From positions 1 through 41,425 of the forward strand of contig JAEOTC010000257.1 in assembly GCA_016840035.1 (NCBI GenBank): DNA of 41,425 nucleotides. Reading direction: 5' to 3'. This DNA comes from Candidatus Hodarchaeota archaeon (GTDB lineage: Archaea; Asgardarchaeota; Heimdallarchaeia; Hodarchaeales; Hodarchaeaceae). Under the pieces are notes generated by a model. That model was given only the letters and a program-made list of their open reading frames with translations, made no database searches and was not told where the DNA came from. Within the stretch, counting starts at the first letter, position 1; each line of letters begins with the position of its first letter. Both the position numbers and the translations under genes were made by a program. Below are positions 36,863-41,425 of the stretch, in pieces.

Positions 36863-38152
36863 GTGAATGAGTTGATTATTGTGGTAAAAAAAGTTAGAAC
36901 CTTGGTTAATTTATCCTCAATTGTTGTAGGCATTCTTTTTCTTATTATATTACTGGTTCCGCATTTAGCGGTAGCTACAACGACTGAGGATATTCCAATT
37001 GGTTCAGAATATGCATCTGGAGTCATTACTCGACAAGATTCCACTATGAAGATGTCTTATGCCTGGGTAAATACAAATTCGTCGGAATTTCTTTCGATTA
37101 CTATGTTTGATGATATTTACAAGGTAGCTCTTTTCCGTCCGTTTTTTGGGCAAGCTTACAAGGTGGGTACGAGTGAATTCTTTGTCGGAACTATGTTAAC
37201 AGGATTTGAATTATTCCAAGATTTGAATGGAAATATGGTTCTTGATCAAGCTGAAGAACTTAGATACTATATAATGTTGAATGCATCACAGCAATATATT
37301 TTACCTGAAATACAAAAAACTGTAGTTGATAATATGACTCAGTATTCATGGAAAATATGTTATTTGGAAATTGATGGATTTTTCAACCCAACTGATGGGA
37401 CCTACCCAATTAGAACGATAATAGAGAGTGTTAATCTTTCCTACCGTTATGAAGTGTATGAAAATTATACAGAGTTAAAGCTGGCTATTGAAATGGGAGA
37501 ATGGGATGCCTATGAGTTCGATTTTGATGTTAACACAGGTGGGTTGATACGTATAGCAGATGTAAATCTGGACGACCACAGTCTTTCCTTATTATTCGGG
37601 ACAACCGTTAGTAGTGAAGAACCATTTGAAATGGTTATGCACAATGGATCAGCAGGTCTTGAAGATTTACGAGTTGAAGTGAATGGTATACCGATCTTTC
37701 AATCGTTGTTTTTGGATACATACTCTTTCGGATCAAGCGAAGCAGCTTATATGGCATATACCGTCCCAGCAAGTGTGGATACGTTATATGATGACCAATT
37801 AATGTTTTGGGGAACTCCTGCTTCTTTCTATGAATGGTGGCAAACTTGGTTCCCGTCAATGAGTGATTTGACGACTGTTCCTGCGATTGGACTTGAAGAA
37901 GCTTCCTTTCTCTACCGAATATGTTATCCTATCTGGGGTGGAAAATCATTCATCCATGATCCTAGATACCGTGCATTATTTGATGGTGAATTAGGTTTTC
38001 CAACAACAACAGAACCCACCTCAACTGTTCCAACAACCTCGTCTATTCCAACAACTTCTACTATCCCTGAAATCACATCAGTGGAAATCTCAGTTATCTT
38101 GATGGGTGTATTATTGGTTACACTCCCCCTTAGTCGAAAGCGTAGGAATTAA
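36863..38152 (+). CDS. Secreted surface protein with Thr/Pro stalk and C-terminal anchor
   Basis: Signal peptide, DxDxN-like loop FQDLNGNMVLD, 'YPIWGG...HDP', PTTS repeats, TM and RKRR. The exact start is uncertain. Confidence 0.72.
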   Translation: MNELIIVVKKVRTLVNLSSIVVGILFLIILLVPHLAVATTTEDIPIGSEYASGVITRQDSTMKMSYAWVNTNSSEFLSITMFDDIYKVALFRPFFGQAYKVGTSEFFVGTMLTGFELFQDLNGNMVLDQAEELRYYIMLNASQQYILPEIQKTVVDNMTQYSWKICYLEIDGFFNPTDGTYPIRTIIESVNLSYRYEVYENYTELKLAIEMGEWDAYEFDFDVNTGGLIRIADVNLDDHSLSLLFGTTVSSEEPFEMVMHNGSAGLEDLRVEVNGIPIFQSLFLDTYSFGSSEAAYMAYTVPASVDTLYDDQLMFWGTPASFYEWWQTWFPSMSDLTTVPAIGLEEASFLYRICYPIWGGKSFIHDPRYRALFDGELGFPTTTEPTSTVPTTSSIPTTSTIPEITSVEISVILMGVLLVTLPLSRKRRN

Positions 38153-38172
38153 ATTTTCCTATCGCCTTTCTT

Positions 38173-39690
38173 CTATTTTTTTCTTTTCACATAAAACAAG
38201 TATTCATCTTTACCTGGAATTATTTCTACTTCCTCTCCTTTCGCCAAATCCAGTTTTGACAAAAGATCTGCTGGGATTACTAGCTTACTATCAACCAATT
38301 TTGAGCCTATTTTCTTAGCATCTTTAAAGGAAGGCGCTGGAACTCCACGTAGCCGACTTCGGACCTGTTCCTGAATTTTTACGGTATTTTGTACTGCTTC
38401 AGTTAACTTCATATCGAGGTCATCGACATTTTGAAAGCCTAAAAATGTCGCAAACTCCTCCCTAGATAATTGGATTAGGTTTTCTTTTAAGTTCTCCCAA
38501 TCTGTTTTTGAAATCCGATGAACAGTACTGCCCTCCAGATGAAGTGATGTTCCTTTCTTTTCTATCTTCTTCGTTTTTTTTCTAGAGCTACCCTTGCTAA
38601 TAGTATATGTAAAACTTTTTTCCGTTCTGACTCCTGATCGTTTTTTGGTAGCTTTTATCATTCCCCGACGATTAAAGTGAAAGAGAAACACCCCAGTAGT
38701 ATCTTGTATTTCGTTTGAAAAAGGAAAGTGTAAGATTACATCATTAGGATAAAGAGTAGCGACTTCTCTAGATTTATGAATAGTAATTTCACGTGGAACA
38801 CGATAAACTTCATCAAACTGTTGAAGTGTATCGAGAGAACTCATACTGACCACTTCATCAATCACTTTGGGTATAACTTTCTGACCTTCTTTAGTACGGG
38901 ATTCAATAACTCCACTAGATAACGTGAGCTTTGTAATGGCCGTTCCAAGTGATATTATTCCCACAAATATTGCTGCAAAGATTAATGAAAGCGTAAAAAA
39001 ATCTAATTCCATCTGTCCTAGAATAATAAAGATAAAAGGTAATAAAACCCATTTAAAAGCTTCACTTAAGCCTGCGAGAAGAGTTTTCACCAATTTCAAA
39101 GGGTTCAGAATTAAATCTACGTAGTTAATAGTAACCTGTCGACTATAGAAAAGAATAAGCTCAAAAAAGCCAACAAGTAGAAAGATGATAACAGCTAGAT
39201 CTGTGAGAAAATTTAATTCCCTTAAACTCACTAAGAATAAGAAAAGAATGGATAATTTCCATAGATTAAGAATAAGATTACTGAGAAGAGGAGGTGACCC
39301 GAATACTATTTCCTGGGTGATTTTCTTCGGGGAAATTGTAAACCAGGTAATAAAGGTTAAAGCAAGATAGAGAACCATTATTTCGTTTAACGATAGCTGC
39401 AGGGAAGGTATAAGTACCTCTTTGTCATGGTAGATAAAATAAGTAAGCACCCAAACGACAAGATATCCAAAAATACCTCCCTCGTTATCCATCTGATGTT
39501 TCCTCCTCGCTTGAACACGGACAGTAAACATCAGAAGAAAATTAAGCCCTCCAAGGGTAAGGAATAAAATTGGATCTTCCTGAAGAATACTGATCATCAC
39601 CCAAGCAAGTGCGAATAAGACACCTAAGCTAGTTAAGCGTGAGGGACGAATATTTGACGGATCTTGCCATGAAAAAGAGCTATCAGACAT
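38173..39690 (-). CDS. Polytopic membrane protein with soluble C-terminal region ending in an AbrB/SpoVT-like motif
   Basis: About eight TM segments in the first half; C-terminus 'SKLVIPADLLSKLDLAKGEEVEII...YLFYVKR'. Confidence 0.6.
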   Translation of the reverse strand: MSDSSFSWQDPSNIRPSRLTSLGVLFALAWVMISILQEDPILFLTLGGLNFLLMFTVRVQARRKHQMDNEGGIFGYLVVWVLTYFIYHDKEVLIPSLQLSLNEIMVLYLALTFITWFTISPKKITQEIVFGSPPLLSNLILNLWKLSILFLFLVSLRELNFLTDLAVIIFLLVGFFELILFYSRQVTINYVDLILNPLKLVKTLLAGLSEAFKWVLLPFIFIILGQMELDFFTLSLIFAAIFVGIISLGTAITKLTLSSGVIESRTKEGQKVIPKVIDEVVSMSSLDTLQQFDEVYRVPREITIHKSREVATLYPNDVILHFPFSNEIQDTTGVFLFHFNRRGMIKATKKRSGVRTEKSFTYTISKGSSRKKTKKIEKKGTSLHLEGSTVHRISKTDWENLKENLIQLSREEFATFLGFQNVDDLDMKLTEAVQNTVKIQEQVRSRLRGVPAPSFKDAKKIGSKLVDSKLVIPADLLSKLDLAKGEEVEIIPGKDEYLFYVKRKK

Positions 39691-39851
39691 AAGGTTCACA
39701 ACTTGAATTTCTTCGAGTAGGAAATTAATATCTATCCCCCTATTAACGGTTGATAATTGATACTTGTAGTACTCCTAATATCGGAGCGGGAAAGAAGTAC
39801 CTCGAAGAAGAGTTCTTTTAATACCTAATGAATAAAGAAACTTGACTGACT

Positions 39852-40556
39852 ATGTCAAAAGGAACGAAACTCTCTGATAACGTATTACTGAAGGACTATA
39901 TTGATGAAAACACTGGATTAGTCAATTATCAGAAGTTAAAAGCGGATAATTGGTTGCATGACAAACTAGAGGAATGGGAGAAAGCGGATCTATCAAATTT
40001 CTCCAAGAATGAAGAATTTGCTTTCTGGTTAAATGCCTATAATCTGTTTACACTAAAAGGGGCGTTAATAGAATTAGAAAAAGATCCTAATTGGAAAGGA
40101 AACACCTCGTTATTCTCGAAATTAAAGTTCTTTGTTTTACGTAAATTTGTAATTGCAGGTGAAAAAATTAACCTACGAAACTTGGAGAACAAAATTCTAC
40201 GGAAACGCTTTCGAGATCCCCGCTTACATTTTGCAATTAATTGTGCCAGTTATAGCTGCCCTTATTTGCCAGGACGTCTTTTTCGGGCTGAAATATTAGA
40301 TGAATACTTAGATCAACTAACCTCGGAGTTTGTAAACAACTCAATGAATGTATTAATTGATGAACAAAAGAAAGAAATAAAATTAAATATGATTTTTAAG
40401 TGGTACGAGAAAGATTTTGGGACGAAAAAAGATTTAGTAACATTTCTCCAAAAGTATCACGGCACTACTCCCCAAAACATGGCAGAATTCTCATTGGAAT
40501 ATTTTAAGTACAATTGGGCATTAAATGCCAAATCAACGACTGAACTAAGACTATAG
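39852..40556 (+). CDS. DUF547 family protein
   Basis: GLVNY, AFWLNAYN, LENKILR, DPRLHFAINCASYSCP, IFKWY..DF and YNWALN. Confidence 0.92.
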   Translation: MSKGTKLSDNVLLKDYIDENTGLVNYQKLKADNWLHDKLEEWEKADLSNFSKNEEFAFWLNAYNLFTLKGALIELEKDPNWKGNTSLFSKLKFFVLRKFVIAGEKINLRNLENKILRKRFRDPRLHFAINCASYSCPYLPGRLFRAEILDEYLDQLTSEFVNNSMNVLIDEQKKEIKLNMIFKWYEKDFGTKKDLVTFLQKYHGTTPQNMAEFSLEYFKYNWALNAKSTTELRL

Positions 40557-40615
40557 ACGTGGCTAACTCATCTGAGGGAGAAGAAAATTAGAAGAAGTAA
40601 TGAACTAAATGCTCA

Positions 40616-41152
40616 TTAATCTTCCGTAGAAGTAACATTGATATCTACTGCTGGATCTAAGGCATCTACCCCGAAGAAAGTCAGCTTCAAAATCCCTGTT
40701 TTATATTCAGCATCGATTTTATCGGGATTGATTGGGAAAGGAAGACGAACTTTCTCTGAAACTTTTTCACCATAGAGCTTTTGAAATTCCTCAAGATATT
40801 TGCTCTCGATCAAAACCGCTTTCTTTTTAGCTTTCACTGAAAGGGTTGTTTTATCGATTCCAGGAAGGGTTAGAAACATAATTCGATTACCTTCCTCCTT
40901 GAGAATTTCCACTCTCATAATTTTCTTCATTTTATGCATCTTGTGCATTCCTCTTCCACTACTACCCTTCTTAATGATCATACGGTGTTGATCTTCTTCA
41001 CAACAATCATCAAGTCCCATATGCATTTTTGCTTCTTTACCACCTGGTATTAGGATCTTTTTCAAAATTTTCCTACCAGGACCACCACCAATCTCATCAA
41101 AGTCTAGATCAATGTCAATTTCTTCTTCTATATGTTTTTCATGTTCATCCAT
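40616..41152 (-). CDS. Hsp20/alpha-crystallin domain protein with His/Met/Cys-rich N-terminus
   Basis: LPGIDK..LSV and 'VRLPFPINPDKIDAEYKTGILKLT'. Confidence 0.85.
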   Translation of the reverse strand: MDEHEKHIEEEIDIDLDFDEIGGGPGRKILKKILIPGGKEAKMHMGLDDCCEEDQHRMIIKKGSSGRGMHKMHKMKKIMRVEILKEEGNRIMFLTLPGIDKTTLSVKAKKKAVLIESKYLEEFQKLYGEKVSEKVRLPFPINPDKIDAEYKTGILKLTFFGVDALDPAVDINVTSTED

Positions 41153-41158
41153 ATTTTT

Positions 41159-41425
41159 TCACCGAATTTTAACATCTTTCCACTTAGATTGACCCGATTG
41201 CGTATCCTTTTTTGCCTGTTCGAATATGATTTTTGATTGATTGAGAAATTCAGTCAGTTTAATCAGAAATTCTTCTCGAAGCTCGGGGAAATTATCTTCC
41301 AGATTCTCTTGAAAAATATCTACAAAGTTGAAAAAAGTCTTGATATTATTCAAAAGTTCCAAAACTAGATTAGATAGCCGTGATTGTCCTTCATAGGAAA
41401 GCCAAACTTGCATAGGCCGACCATC
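41159..41425 (-). CDS. Probable winged-helix (PadR/MarR-like) regulator, C-terminal part (runs off right edge)
   Basis: Frame open to the edge: DGRPMQVWLSYEGQSRL resembles the wing/'LT..G' end of PadR/MarR, followed by helices. Ends 6 nt before the hsp20 start. Confidence 0.45.
   Translation of the reverse strand, partial: DGRPMQVWLSYEGQSRLSNLVLELLNNIKTFFNFVDIFQENLEDNFPELREEFLIKLTEFLNQSKIIFEQAKKDTQSGQSKWKDVKIR

Overview
A gene-dense, AT-rich archaeal chromosomal segment of about 36 CDSs. I saw no rRNA, tRNA, CRISPR array, integrase or transposase. Gene content suggests an Asgard archaeon, probably Heimdallarchaeia/Hodarchaeales (inference): a stand-alone longin-like protein, Asgard-type TPR proteins, a WD40 propeller, many Thr-linker/C-terminally anchored surface proteins, PolB2 and LrpA. 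Highlights: (1) A DNA-damage-tolerance ('mutasome'-like) locus. An inactive RadA-like protein, a small PolB2 partner and a group-2 family-B polymerase form an operon, with a divergent DUF72-zinc-ribbon gene. Three of these four proteins carry PCNA-interacting (PIP-like) motifs, and tandem ANTTTC boxes lie upstream. (2) A tandem array of three lectin-like surface proteins whose middle gene is a recombinational mosaic. (3) A ParA/MinD ATPase paired with an RHH-RHH-wHTH DNA-binding protein. (4) A class I CoA-transferase-fold pair lacking the canonical catalytic Glu (IpdAB-like signature). (5) An XPB-like helicase with an un-called N-terminal zinc finger that needs a non-canonical start. All family calls come from motif recognition by eye; no searches were run.
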